Source of the DNA: a virus
Taxonomy: Duplodnaviria; Caudoviricetes
Strand: one strand, 5' to 3'
Length of the DNA stretch: 28,720 bases
IMG/VR virus record: IMGVR_UViG_3300021962_000489
Span: 1 to 28,720 of that record
In this document: piece by piece, positions 9,778 through 19,607 of the stretch
Numbering within the stretch: position 1 is the first letter of the stretch
How the letters are laid out: the number at the start of each line of letters is the position of its first letter
Position numbers and translations under genes: made by a program
Notes under the pieces: model-generated
Told to the model about the DNA's origin: nothing
The model's input: the letters and a program-made list of their open reading frames with translations, nothing else
Database searches by the model: none

Positions 9778-10121
9778 TGAAGCAAGAAGTAAATCTTGTT
9801 AAAGAAGTTTACGGACGCAATACATATACTAGAGTAGTAGATACCTCTTTTTCAGAGTTATATACTCCAGTAACTGCTTCTATTGCTCCAGAACAACTTA
9901 CAATAGAGGAATTTTTTGACTTATACGATCAGTTATTTTTTGAGATCCCTGCTATGGGTGAAGTTAATTCTCATGAATACTTAGTTAAGAGGAGCACGGA
10001 ATATTTAGGAGGTGGGGTATTAACAGACAATGAAAGAGCTTATATTGAAGAAATTAATTCTTTAAGGCAACAGCTGCTCGAAGCAAATCAGAATTATTTG
10101 AACTTAAGTAAGATACTGTAA
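9777..10121 (+). CDS. Hypothetical structural-module protein with C-terminal coiled coil
   Basis: 114-aa ORF, TAATG-coupled on both sides. Confidence 0.65.
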   Translation: MKQEVNLVKEVYGRNTYTRVVDTSFSELYTPVTASIAPEQLTIEEFFDLYDQLFFEIPAMGEVNSHEYLVKRSTEYLGGGVLTDNERAYIEEINSLRQQLLEANQNYLNLSKIL

Positions 10122-13100
10122 TGGAAGTAGTAGATGTAAGATATTTAGGGTCTGACGGACAGTATCAAGAATACTCTCCTTCCGATCTTGCTTTAATCAG
10201 TAAAGCATTAATAACTACCAATTTTGGTGGTGCAGACGATTATATTGAATACTTCGTAAAAGACGAAGCTGGAACAGTTTTAAGCAGTAATTACTCTGAT
10301 GCTAAATACGAAGTAGGAGATACAGATCCTGTAACAGGCACTACAACAACTATTTACGTTAATCCAGAAGAAGACGCAAAGAGGTTAGGGTATAACAGGG
10401 GTATAGTAAATGTAAAGTATAATTTTTTTAGAAAATTACTACTTTCATCTGCTACTCCTGATCAAAATTTCTGGATAACAGAAGTATCTCCTTCTAGAAC
10501 AGAAATAAAAGTAGCAAGACAAGATCTATCTAACGATCAATTAGTAAATGCTTTCGCTATCTTTAATGCTACTCTAGCTGCGGACGCTTACTATCCTTCC
10601 TTTTACTTAAACTTCGGAACAGATAGGTTAGTAATAGCTACTAACGCTCTTTACATAGAGGAACAAGGAAACGGGTACATTCTATTCAAACTTTACGAAC
10701 CTCTTCCCGACGAGTTTGATGTAAAATCGACTTTCTGGACTACGATTGCTATAGCTGATTCTGCAGAATTTAATGTTAGTATAAATGTAGAACCTGAAAT
10801 AACTCAGGACTTTACTCCTATAAAAGGACCTAACTATAAGGTCAACATTAATAATACTGTTAATCAGACAACTCCCTATTACGACTATACTTCACTTTTC
10901 GCTACATCTGTAACTTCTTCCTTCCAACAGCTCAGATCAATGATGGATGAAAAAGGAATACAGATTAACGTTGATTATAGTAATTTTGAAAACTTTGTAC
11001 GATTCTCTTCAGCAACAGAAAGGTTATATAATTTCGTATATAAGTTACAGTTAATTGAATCTGCTTCTGTAGGTTTAGCACAACCCAATACAACACAGGC
11101 TAAGATATTACTACAAGCACAGGTCGATAATACGATTACAAAATTTGACGGATATGAGTACTTCCTGTACTTTGATTCTGGTTCTTATTCTTGGCCTAAG
11201 CAAAATAGTTCTCAACCTTACTTACTATACTCGGTAACTTCTTCACAAGCCGTTAACTGGTTAGGTAGTATAAATACAGTACCTTCCGCAGGTACAGCAA
11301 GTCTGTACTATTCTGCTTCTGTTTACGATGATTTAAATTCTAATCTACTGCAGTATACAACGCCGCAGTATATAAGAGACGATAGTCAGAATATACCGTA
11401 CCTAGTATTTCTAGATATGATCGGACAACACTTCGACAATATCTGGATATACTTAAAGGATGTAACAAATAGATACTCAGCAGAGAATAATCCATTTGTA
11501 GGTATTTCATTAGATCAGGTTTCTGAAGCTATTAAATCTTTCGGGGTAACACTATACACTAACACAAGTGTTGCAGATAATATTTATTATTCTCTTTTAG
11601 GACTAAATCAAACAGGTTCAACTCTACCGGTAACTTCGAGCCTTTACTCTACCGTAGTATACAGTAGTAGCAGTATTTATCCTCTTGCAGGACAGCCATA
11701 TTTAACTGCTTCTCTATCATTACCTCCTCTTGAAGAAGAGAAGATCAACAGATATGTTATAACTTTTATAACTGGATCTCCGGGATATACTTCAAGTTTT
11801 GAGACTCTACCGAGTACGCAAATTACAGATGAAATTTATAAGCGCATCTACCACAACCTTCCGTACCTACTCAAAACAAGAGGTACAGAGAGGGGCGTAA
11901 GAGCTTTAATAGCAACTTTCGGTATCCCGAATGACATATTACAGGTTCATGAGTATGGTGGGTACGATTATTTACAAGTACCGGGTATTCAAGAAATTTC
12001 TAATACTAGAATTATAACAGGAAGCGTTTTAGGACTTTCTAGCAGTTTGTTAGATCCTTATGCTACCTCACAGTACTACGATTATACTTTAATGAAAACT
12101 TCTGGAGATGTTGAAATAGCATTCTCTCCAGCCGATTCAATTAACGCCAGTATAACTTCCTCTGGGTATGTAACCTCTTCTGCACAACCTGGATACTTTA
12201 ATATTATGCAGCTCATTGGAGCTCCTAACTTACAGTATTCAAGTTCATATACACCTCTTGTAAGTACGGCTAATACTTATTTCGACGCAGAATATACAAG
12301 CAGATATAATGTCTGGGACTTTATTAGAGTTATAAAGTACTATAATAATTCCTTGTTTAAAATGTTAAGAGACTGGGTACCAGCTAGGACAAGTCCTAGT
12401 ACTGGTATCGTTATTAAGTCTCATATGCTTGAGAGAAACAAGTATCCTAGAAAAGAACCTACTGGAACGACTAGTAGTTTCGATGCAGATTATCATCTAC
12501 TAGCTGTAACAGGTTCAGACGGAGGCGCAGTTGTAGGAAGTACTGCATATGTAGAAGCCGTACCGGTACAGTATAGTAACTATTCATTTCCTTTATCTGG
12601 TTCTCCCGGTATTGTGTATATGAGTTCTTCTGACAATGTTCAGAAGTATACAGGAGAGTTTAGCGGTAGTTATATCGATGCTACTGATAATTATTTCCCG
12701 CAAACAGACGTTTCTACGTACTATTTTCCTTGGACATCTTCAGTAGCTCCATCACAGCATGGAGGGCAGAATATTTTATTCTTAACCTACTCCCTAGGTC
12801 CTACTTTCCAAAATATTACAGGATCTGTTATCTCTCAAAGAGTTTTAGACTTAGATTATAATTATAGTCAACTCGCTCCTACTAACTACGGACTAGTAAC
12901 ACAGTCTTTAAGTCAGAGTCTTGTTATCGGTCCAGTTAATCAAAGTCAACAACCATATTCCCAGTACGCTCAGTACCAGGATTTCAACCACATATCTCGA
13001 CCGTATATAATACCGAGATACAGTGGATCCTATCTTTCTGGTCTCGCCTACAATCAGTTTACTTCTGAAAGTGCAGCATATTCTGGAGACGTCTCCTACG

Positions 13101-14923
13101 GAGGTCAGCCAGTTATTAACTACTACTCAAATAGACTCGGTCTATTTACACAGGTAGTTACTAGTTCGTTTTTACCTGGAAAAGTAAATGCTACTTTAGC
13201 ATACTTCGCCGATGTTACTGGCGGTTTGTTTGAGCTAAATCAGAATAATAGAAACTGGACTGATGTTCAAAATATCTTTAAAGCAGGAACTGTTGGAACT
13301 ATTAAGCAGTTTGATAACAAAAAATACTCAAACCAAGTAGGTACAGACGGTATTAAGTCTATTTACAACAGTGGGTATAATTATACTCCTCAATTATATT
13401 TCTCAACAGGATCTACTAATGCTGAAGGAGCAGATACTAAGCTTTATTTTGAGTATACAGGAGATGTTTCAGTAACTACTTTTACCGGGCTTAATAACAT
13501 AGGCAGTGGTAGAATAAGTGGTTCTAATGTAGTAGATTACCCTGTCGTAATAGATAACGCGACTATAAGATCAGGTGATATTTTTAATATCTTTAACACA
13601 GAGAATCCAGCTAGTACAGAATTCTCTCCAGGTACAGCTGGTGCTTATCCAAGTTATACAGCTTCTCAAGCCGGACAGAAAACTTTTACTGTTAACTTAG
13701 GAGTTAATATTCAGTTTAAAAACCTAGCTTCTGCTGCCGACGTAACTAGCGGGTCTTATTCTTTTGGTAGTTACCTAAACGGAACAAGTTTAATAGGTAC
13801 TGAGCAGACAGTAAATTATACCTCTAGCTTTACTCCTGCTTCAACTTTAACTGGATCTATTTACAAAAATACTACTCTTGCTAATCCAGATAGTACTCCT
13901 ACTCAAACTGGAGCTACCTTGATTAATAGTGGTCCTTTCGATTTATACTTAAATGGTATATTTTCTAATACGATAGGAGCTGTTACCTCTTGGATTTCTT
14001 CCAGTATCTTTGAATGGTATGAAGGAGGCGGTTACCGTCAAGAGTATCTTGTAATCGATAGTAGTATTGATATATCGAGCAATTTTAATAATTATAATAC
14101 ACAGTATCCGACAGTCTTAAATGATTTCCCAATCTCGGGCGGTACTAGTTTACCTGCTAGCGGTGTTTCTTCCTCGCAGCAAATAATAAGCTATACAACA
14201 CCAGCTATCAATCTAAGTCCAAACGATAAAGTTGTATTTAAGTTTAGACAGGACGGAATGTCTTCCTCTAACTTTACTTCCTCTATTTTCGTAGGAACTG
14301 CAAATAATTCCTTATCAGCAGGAACAATTTCTATCGGACAAGGAGGATATCCATACGCAACAGCTTCATTAGGTAATTTTATCGAAAGCGTAGCAGATAT
14401 TAGCGATCTAGAAAGTACTATTACCTTTAGCGGTAATCTAAGCCAATATTACGGATATCAGTTTGTTCCAGCTTTCGCTTCTGCTGCTGTAGTGTATACA
14501 AGTAGTCTTTACACTCAATATGGAGATGTAAACGTTACTTTTATTCCGCAAGTCGGAGATAAACTAGTGATAGCTGATTTTAGTGGATTGACTCAAGAAC
14601 TAGATGTCCTGCAGGCAAGTATCAATCCATCAACAAATAAGTTGGTAATTACGACAGTGCCGCAGATTATTGAAAACTGGAGATTAAATCCAAGTTTAAT
14701 TAACCGTTTTCTGCTCTTACGCAGGTATAAAGACGAACAGAACGTTATCTTAACTTTCAATAAAAATCCAGGACAAACCTCTTACGGATTCTTAATCCCA
14801 AGCACAATTAACCCTGAAGTAACAAACAATATAAACACTCTTCAAGCTGCTGTACAGTCTCAGTTACTGTCCACTCAAGCAGACCCACCTATTAATACCG
14901 TAAACGGAGGAACTTTTGGTTAG
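10121..14923 (+). CDS. Large baseplate wedge/tail protein (P2 gpI / T4 gp7-like segment), 1600 aa
   Basis: FLDMIGQHFDNIW and RIYHNLPYLLKTRGTERGVRALIATFGIP (gpI-like K/R-G-T motif), followed by a long S/T/G-rich beta region. Confidence 0.65.
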   Translation: MEVVDVRYLGSDGQYQEYSPSDLALISKALITTNFGGADDYIEYFVKDEAGTVLSSNYSDAKYEVGDTDPVTGTTTTIYVNPEEDAKRLGYNRGIVNVKYNFFRKLLLSSATPDQNFWITEVSPSRTEIKVARQDLSNDQLVNAFAIFNATLAADAYYPSFYLNFGTDRLVIATNALYIEEQGNGYILFKLYEPLPDEFDVKSTFWTTIAIADSAEFNVSINVEPEITQDFTPIKGPNYKVNINNTVNQTTPYYDYTSLFATSVTSSFQQLRSMMDEKGIQINVDYSNFENFVRFSSATERLYNFVYKLQLIESASVGLAQPNTTQAKILLQAQVDNTITKFDGYEYFLYFDSGSYSWPKQNSSQPYLLYSVTSSQAVNWLGSINTVPSAGTASLYYSASVYDDLNSNLLQYTTPQYIRDDSQNIPYLVFLDMIGQHFDNIWIYLKDVTNRYSAENNPFVGISLDQVSEAIKSFGVTLYTNTSVADNIYYSLLGLNQTGSTLPVTSSLYSTVVYSSSSIYPLAGQPYLTASLSLPPLEEEKINRYVITFITGSPGYTSSFETLPSTQITDEIYKRIYHNLPYLLKTRGTERGVRALIATFGIPNDILQVHEYGGYDYLQVPGIQEISNTRIITGSVLGLSSSLLDPYATSQYYDYTLMKTSGDVEIAFSPADSINASITSSGYVTSSAQPGYFNIMQLIGAPNLQYSSSYTPLVSTANTYFDAEYTSRYNVWDFIRVIKYYNNSLFKMLRDWVPARTSPSTGIVIKSHMLERNKYPRKEPTGTTSSFDADYHLLAVTGSDGGAVVGSTAYVEAVPVQYSNYSFPLSGSPGIVYMSSSDNVQKYTGEFSGSYIDATDNYFPQTDVSTYYFPWTSSVAPSQHGGQNILFLTYSLGPTFQNITGSVISQRVLDLDYNYSQLAPTNYGLVTQSLSQSLVIGPVNQSQQPYSQYAQYQDFNHISRPYIIPRYSGSYLSGLAYNQFTSESAAYSGDVSYGGQPVINYYSNRLGLFTQVVTSSFLPGKVNATLAYFADVTGGLFELNQNNRNWTDVQNIFKAGTVGTIKQFDNKKYSNQVGTDGIKSIYNSGYNYTPQLYFSTGSTNAEGADTKLYFEYTGDVSVTTFTGLNNIGSGRISGSNVVDYPVVIDNATIRSGDIFNIFNTENPASTEFSPGTAGAYPSYTASQAGQKTFTVNLGVNIQFKNLASAADVTSGSYSFGSYLNGTSLIGTEQTVNYTSSFTPASTLTGSIYKNTTLANPDSTPTQTGATLINSGPFDLYLNGIFSNTIGAVTSWISSSIFEWYEGGGYRQEYLVIDSSIDISSNFNNYNTQYPTVLNDFPISGGTSLPASGVSSSQQIISYTTPAINLSPNDKVVFKFRQDGMSSSNFTSSIFVGTANNSLSAGTISIGQGGYPYATASLGNFIESVADISDLESTITFSGNLSQYYGYQFVPAFASAAVVYTSSLYTQYGDVNVTFIPQVGDKLVIADFSGLTQELDVLQASINPSTNKLVITTVPQIIENWRLNPSLINRFLLLRRYKDEQNVILTFNKNPGQTSYGFLIPSTINPEVTNNINTLQAAVQSQLLSTQADPPINTVNGGTFG

Positions 14924-14929
14924 ACTCCC

Positions 14930-14937
14930 TATTTATT
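14930..14937 (+). promoter_or_regulatory. Candidate late promoter motif TATTTATT
   Basis: In the 33-nt gap before ATG 14957. Confidence 0.5.
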
Positions 14938-14956
14938 AGAAGAAAAACAGTAAAAC

Positions 14957-15622
14957 ATGGCATATTTAAGTAACACGACAGTTGTTGTAGACGCTATTTT
15001 AACCGATAAGGGAAGGCAACTACTCGCTCAAAACGATGGCTCTTTCCAAATCACACAGTTTTCTTTGTCTGACGATGAAGTAGACTACACTCTTTATAAC
15101 CCGAATCATCCTTCTGGATCAGCATTCTACGGAGAAGCTATTGAGAACATGCCAATCATACAAGCTTTCCCTGAGTCTCAAGAGATTATGAAGTATAAGC
15201 TTATTACCCTGCCTAGAGGTACTGCAAAACTGCCAGTTATTTCTATTGGGTATACCACTATCGTACTTAAGCAAGGTTCTTCTATTTCTATTACTCCGCA
15301 GACATTAAATTATCTTGGAGCTGTTTCAACTTTCGAACAATCTGGATATGTTGCAACGATTGGAGATGTTAGAACTACTGCTGCTTTCAATGGCGTAGGT
15401 ATTAATACACCACAAGCAACTGCTTTAAATGCTACCGGAGTAACTACAGTAGGAACTAATGTCTCTAAGACTGTAATAGGTACTTCAATTAACATTACTG
15501 CCACAACCGTAAACACCCTCTTTGGAAATAACAGCACCCTGTACACTACACTCACTGTTATAGGACGCGATTCTGGTGCAAGATTATTCGTTCCGGTTCA
15601 AATAACAAAAGTAACACAATAA
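14957..15622 (+). CDS. Tail/baseplate structural protein; N-terminus resembles the start of the phage tail-collar fibre domain
   Basis: AILTDKGRQLLAQ..FQITQFSLSDDEVDY followed by a beta-rich, Ig-like C-terminus. Confidence 0.55.
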   Translation: MAYLSNTTVVVDAILTDKGRQLLAQNDGSFQITQFSLSDDEVDYTLYNPNHPSGSAFYGEAIENMPIIQAFPESQEIMKYKLITLPRGTAKLPVISIGYTTIVLKQGSSISITPQTLNYLGAVSTFEQSGYVATIGDVRTTAAFNGVGINTPQATALNATGVTTVGTNVSKTVIGTSINITATTVNTLFGNNSTLYTTLTVIGRDSGARLFVPVQITKVTQ

Positions 15623-15626
15623 GAAT

Positions 15627-16712
15627 ATGTCATTTACAAGACTTGCTCCAACAGATTTTGTGATTAGCTCGGACTCTATTACAGCTCCGGCTTGGAGTGC
15701 TAATCAACCCACGTTAACAACTTTTTATACCGCATCCTCTATCACCTCCACTACCATTACTCAAGGAGCTTTCTATTTGAATGTCTACCAAACACAGAGT
15801 ACTGCGACAGGAGCTGCTGTGCAATTCGCTATTGCATACGGTAATATTAATGGTTCTGGATCTCAGTGGTATAACCCGCTTGTTCCTGGTGTATCTCCTT
15901 CCTTAACAACCTACAGACAGTATGAAACCCTTGTTTACGGTCCAGCCCTTTCCGGCTCCTTACAAGGATTTAATTTCGGAGGTCTTGCTACAAACGCTCC
16001 TGATATCTTCGCTATAAACGTAGACAGAAACAGGTATAAAGAGAGTTTGATGCCAGGTACTTTTAATTTAAGCCTTTCAAGTTCTGCAGGAGAAATTACC
16101 CTTTGTGATAATAGTAATGACGTTACAACTGTTACATACTTAGACTGTGGTAGGGTTTTTAACCTTGTTTCCGGTTCTTACGGAAGAGCTACTACAACAA
16201 CTAGTGCCGGACAAATAGCTCCAGGTTATACCGCTTCCGGTTCTTATGGTTTTTACCTTCCCGATATCGGTACTATACTCTTAAATGCTAGTGCCCTTAA
16301 TCTATCTGCTGTTCAAGGAGGAATCGGATTACCAGTAGATAGGTCTAACTACGGATCAGGTAGCTACTCTCTTAATGCTTCTGCTTCTTATACTTCTACC
16401 AATAACACAGTACTCTTCCAAGCTATTTCAGCTAGTAAAGAGTTTGAGTTAAACTCTCAAGAGACTATCTCATCTGATTACGTCTTTGTTAGAATTGGTA
16501 ATGCTGATTATAACTACTCAACCAATCCGACATTCGTATCTGGATCAGGTGAAGTATTATATTCAACTATGATATACAGTCCACAAACCTATATCACAAC
16601 TGTAGGAATGTACAACAATAATAGTGAACTTTTAGCAGTAGCTAAAATGTCTAAACCTCTTGTAAAAGACTTTACGAAGGAAGCACTTATACGTGTAAAA
16701 CTCGACTGGTAA
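15627..16712 (+). CDS. Tail/baseplate structural protein with C-terminal tail-collar-like motif
   Basis: C-terminus YNYSTNPTF..YITTVGMYNNNSELLAVAKMSKPLVK..IRVKLDW; S/T/G-rich. Confidence 0.6.
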   Translation: MSFTRLAPTDFVISSDSITAPAWSANQPTLTTFYTASSITSTTITQGAFYLNVYQTQSTATGAAVQFAIAYGNINGSGSQWYNPLVPGVSPSLTTYRQYETLVYGPALSGSLQGFNFGGLATNAPDIFAINVDRNRYKESLMPGTFNLSLSSSAGEITLCDNSNDVTTVTYLDCGRVFNLVSGSYGRATTTTSAGQIAPGYTASGSYGFYLPDIGTILLNASALNLSAVQGGIGLPVDRSNYGSGSYSLNASASYTSTNNTVLFQAISASKEFELNSQETISSDYVFVRIGNADYNYSTNPTFVSGSGEVLYSTMIYSPQTYITTVGMYNNNSELLAVAKMSKPLVKDFTKEALIRVKLDW

Positions 16713-16723
16713 TAAAATAATTC

Positions 16724-18091
16724 ATGAGTAGATCATCAAATAGCCTTAAAACATCTGATGTCATTACTACTCCGATCAAACTGGTATACACTTCGTCGTA
16801 CGACTGTAGTACACTTGCGGAGTATGGAATGGAGGTTTTGAGTGGAGTGAATGGCCCTGTGACTATAACAGGCTCTGTTCCACAAGAGACTTTAAACTAT
16901 TGGTCTACTAGACATCTTTACTATTCTAACTACCTTACCGGATCATTTCCAGTTTCTGCTTCAAGCGCAGATAACTTTTTACAGTCTACAGCTGCTTCCG
17001 GTTCTTTAGATTCAGATAATAGGTATTTTCCTACTGAATCAAATGCCCGTATAACTATATTGTCGGTACCGAGAGGAGTATTTGGCGAAAAGATTGCTAA
17101 GAGTAATTTTATACTCTCTTCTTCTGCTTACTATATAATAGATGACGGAAACGGTAACCTTATAGATCAAGCATCAGGAAGTCTGCATGTAGGCAATATT
17201 ATTTATCCACAAGGAATGGTTATTTTTACCAATCCTAATTATTTGGATATTTTACCATGTCCTACCGGGTCAACTACTACGACAACCTCTACTACAAGTA
17301 CAACGACTACTGCTGTTCCGACAACTACTACAACTTCTACTACAAGTACTACGACTACTGCTGCTCCGACAACCACAACTACGAGCACAACTACTAGTAC
17401 AACAACAGAGGTACCTACCACGACTACTACTAGTACGACTACTAGTACAACAACAGCAGAACCTACTACGACAACTACTAGTACAACAACGAGCACAACA
17501 ACTTGTGCTCCACAGAATGCGCAAAGTATGTACTATAATTACGATACTGGATTACCTACAATGTTCGGAACCGGTTCTGCCGAAGCCGCTTGTAATTTAT
17601 CAGTTAGTGCTTCTACCATATACTATAATACTTCGTTAGCGCTTACTACAGGCACACCTTTATACTATGATGAATGTCTTACTGTACCAATAACAGCTAG
17701 TGCTTATACAGATACTCCTCAACAATACTTTAAAATTGGTCCATACTACGTAAATTTTGAAACTGATGGATATACTGTAAGAAGTGTAACAGCTTGTCCT
17801 ACTCCGACTACAACCACCACTACATCTACAACTACTAGTACAACTACGGTAACATATACTTACTATGCTGTAGACAGGTATACTTGTGATTCACCATCAG
17901 GACCTTGTACTTTCGCTGAATCAACCTTTATAGCAAACACTTCTAGCGGGTTAACTCTAGGTAATTACTACTTAGATGTACCTTCAGGAAACATTTATAA
18001 TATCACGTCTACTACAAGTAGTGGCGCTTATTTTATAACATATCTATCTGGAGCTGGTACTGCCAACTGTAGTGTTCTTTGTTCAGCTTAA
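16724..18091 (+). CDS. Virion protein: N-terminal domain paralogous to 15627..16712, then mucin-like Thr stalks and two Cys-containing domains
   Basis: ITILSVPRGVFGEKI..F..DDGNGN..VGNIIYPQGMVIFTN aligns by eye with IFAINVDRNRYKESL..F..DNSN..YGFYLPDIGTILLN of the upstream gene. P-T5-S-T2/3-S-T3/4 repeats follow. Confidence 0.7.
   Translation: MSRSSNSLKTSDVITTPIKLVYTSSYDCSTLAEYGMEVLSGVNGPVTITGSVPQETLNYWSTRHLYYSNYLTGSFPVSASSADNFLQSTAASGSLDSDNRYFPTESNARITILSVPRGVFGEKIAKSNFILSSSAYYIIDDGNGNLIDQASGSLHVGNIIYPQGMVIFTNPNYLDILPCPTGSTTTTTSTTSTTTTAVPTTTTTSTTSTTTTAAPTTTTTSTTTSTTTEVPTTTTTSTTTSTTTAEPTTTTTSTTTSTTTCAPQNAQSMYYNYDTGLPTMFGTGSAEAACNLSVSASTIYYNTSLALTTGTPLYYDECLTVPITASAYTDTPQQYFKIGPYYVNFETDGYTVRSVTACPTPTTTTTTSTTTSTTTVTYTYYAVDRYTCDSPSGPCTFAESTFIANTSSGLTLGNYYLDVPSGNIYNITSTTSSGAYFITYLSGAGTANCSVLCSA
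17270..17509 (+). repeat. Five degenerate 48-nt (16-aa) tandem units encoding a Thr-rich stalk
   Basis: Units start at 17270, 17318, 17366, 17414 and 17462: STTTTTSTTSTTTTAV / PTTTTTSTTSTTTTAA / PTTTTTSTTTSTTTEV / PTTTTTSTTTSTTTAE / PTTTTTSTTTSTTTCA. Confidence 0.95.
17804..17848 (+). repeat. Isolated sixth copy of the Thr-rich unit
   Basis: PTTTTTTSTTTSTTT between the two Cys-containing domains. Confidence 0.9.
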
Positions 18092-18110
18092 AAAGTAAAT
18101 AAAATTTGTT

Positions 18111-19106
18111 ATGAAAAATCTACGTTACATTTGTGCACAACCCAGGCTAATATACTATGCTTGGCAGGTTGAGGTTATGATTAATAACTTTATCAAACAA
18201 GGAATCAATCCAAATAATATTGATATTCTTGTTGCCTGGAATCCAGAAGATAAGACATCTACTCCTGAAAATATAGAGGCGTGGACTAAGTTAGCTGAAT
18301 CTTACAACAGTGTCCGTTTTTTCTTTTATAGAGATACTAGACAACAGCCGATTCACTATATCTCTTCAGTACGTCCAAATATTCTCAAACAGCATTTTGC
18401 AGCACATCCTGAATTAGAAAAAGAAGCTATCTTTTATCACGATTCAGATATCGTCTTTACTAAGAAGCCTGATTGGAGTTCTTTACTTGAGGATGATATT
18501 TGGTATTTAAGTAACACTAATAGCTATATAAACTACGATTACATTGTCTCAAAAGGACAAGATGTCTATGATAAAATGTGTGAAATAGTTGGAATAGATC
18601 CTATCATACCCAAACTATTAAATTCAAACTCAGGAGGAGCTCAGTATATTTTAAAAAATGTTAATTATACGTATTGGGAGAAGGTAGAGAGAGATTGCGA
18701 GAAACTGTTTAAGGAAATAACTGACTTAAGTAATGAAAAAGTACAGCTAGATAAACATACAGTATCAGAAGATGTAGCAAGAAGTCCATATCATCCTTTG
18801 CAGATATGGTGTGCTGATATGTGGGCTGTATTATGGAATGGATGGTTACTAGGAAATGAGACTAAGGTAGTACCGGAGATGAATTTTAGCTGGGCTACGG
18901 ATAGTATACAACGGTGGGAAGAGACGACAATTTTTCATAACGCAGGCGTTACTTGTTCATGCGGTAGACAGTTTTATAAAGCTAATTATATAGAAAGTTT
19001 ACCTTATAGTATAGAGCAGAGCAATTACAGAGACGTTACTTGCGGGTATAATTACGTTAAAGAAATAATCGAAACATCTCAAAAATCATGTTTAATACAA
19101 AAGTAG
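18111..19106 (+). CDS. GT-A glycosyltransferase resembling peptide O-glycosyltransferases (GT95 HPAT / GT96 SERGT-like)
   Basis: YYAWQVEVM, YISSVRPNIL, IFYHDSDIVF (DxD), GGAQYIL, WCADMWAVLW, IFHNAG. Confidence 0.7.
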   Translation: MKNLRYICAQPRLIYYAWQVEVMINNFIKQGINPNNIDILVAWNPEDKTSTPENIEAWTKLAESYNSVRFFFYRDTRQQPIHYISSVRPNILKQHFAAHPELEKEAIFYHDSDIVFTKKPDWSSLLEDDIWYLSNTNSYINYDYIVSKGQDVYDKMCEIVGIDPIIPKLLNSNSGGAQYILKNVNYTYWEKVERDCEKLFKEITDLSNEKVQLDKHTVSEDVARSPYHPLQIWCADMWAVLWNGWLLGNETKVVPEMNFSWATDSIQRWEETTIFHNAGVTCSCGRQFYKANYIESLPYSIEQSNYRDVTCGYNYVKEIIETSQKSCLIQK

Positions 19107-19606
19107 TACATTCAGAAAATCCTTTAGAGCATTGGTCTGATATAAAAGACGTGGAAGGGAAAGTAGTTTTAGATTTAGGTTGCGGATGGTTATTTCAGCC
19201 GCATGAATCGACTCCAGAATACCTAATAAATCGGGGTGCTAGTAAAGTTGTAGGAGTGGATGTAGCTTGTGGCGAAATCGAGCAGCTAAAAGAAAAGTAC
19301 CCTGGACACGTCTTTGTATGTAAAGCAGTTACAAGCGTAGAAAGTCTTTTAGAACTTCTAGTTGAATATCAACCCTCCGTAATTAAAATGGATATAGAAG
19401 GTCATGAAGCTCATATGCAGTATATAACAGCAGAGCAATTTTCTTGTGTAGAAGAGATTGCTGTTGAATATCATAACCCAGAATGTAAAAGAATATTGAC
19501 TGAAAAATTAGATGAATTTGGTTTTGAGATTTTCTCAATAAACCAGTTCGGATGGTTTTGTACTGATATTAATCAGATGGGAATAATGCACGCTAAAAGA
19601 AAATAA
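19088..19606 (+). CDS. SAM-dependent methyltransferase, FkbM-like
   Basis: VVLDLGCG (motif I), VVGVD, IKMDIEGHE and IAVEYH. Confidence 0.8.
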   Translation: MFNTKVVHSENPLEHWSDIKDVEGKVVLDLGCGWLFQPHESTPEYLINRGASKVVGVDVACGEIEQLKEKYPGHVFVCKAVTSVESLLELLVEYQPSVIKMDIEGHEAHMQYITAEQFSCVEEIAVEYHNPECKRILTEKLDEFGFEIFSINQFGWFCTDINQMGIMHAKRK

Positions 19607-19607
19607 A

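Noticed and set aside
17270-17509. Regularly spaced repeat considered as a CRISPR array or DGR template
   Set aside because: Units are contiguous, degenerate, in-frame coding repeats with no unique spacers. No cas or reverse transcriptase gene is in the window.
17239-17524. Minus-strand ORFs 17239..17496 (poly-Val) and 17270..17524 (Cys/Ser/Arg-rich)
   Set aside because: They are shadows of the ACN Thr repeat, whose reverse complement lacks stop codons. No independent signals.
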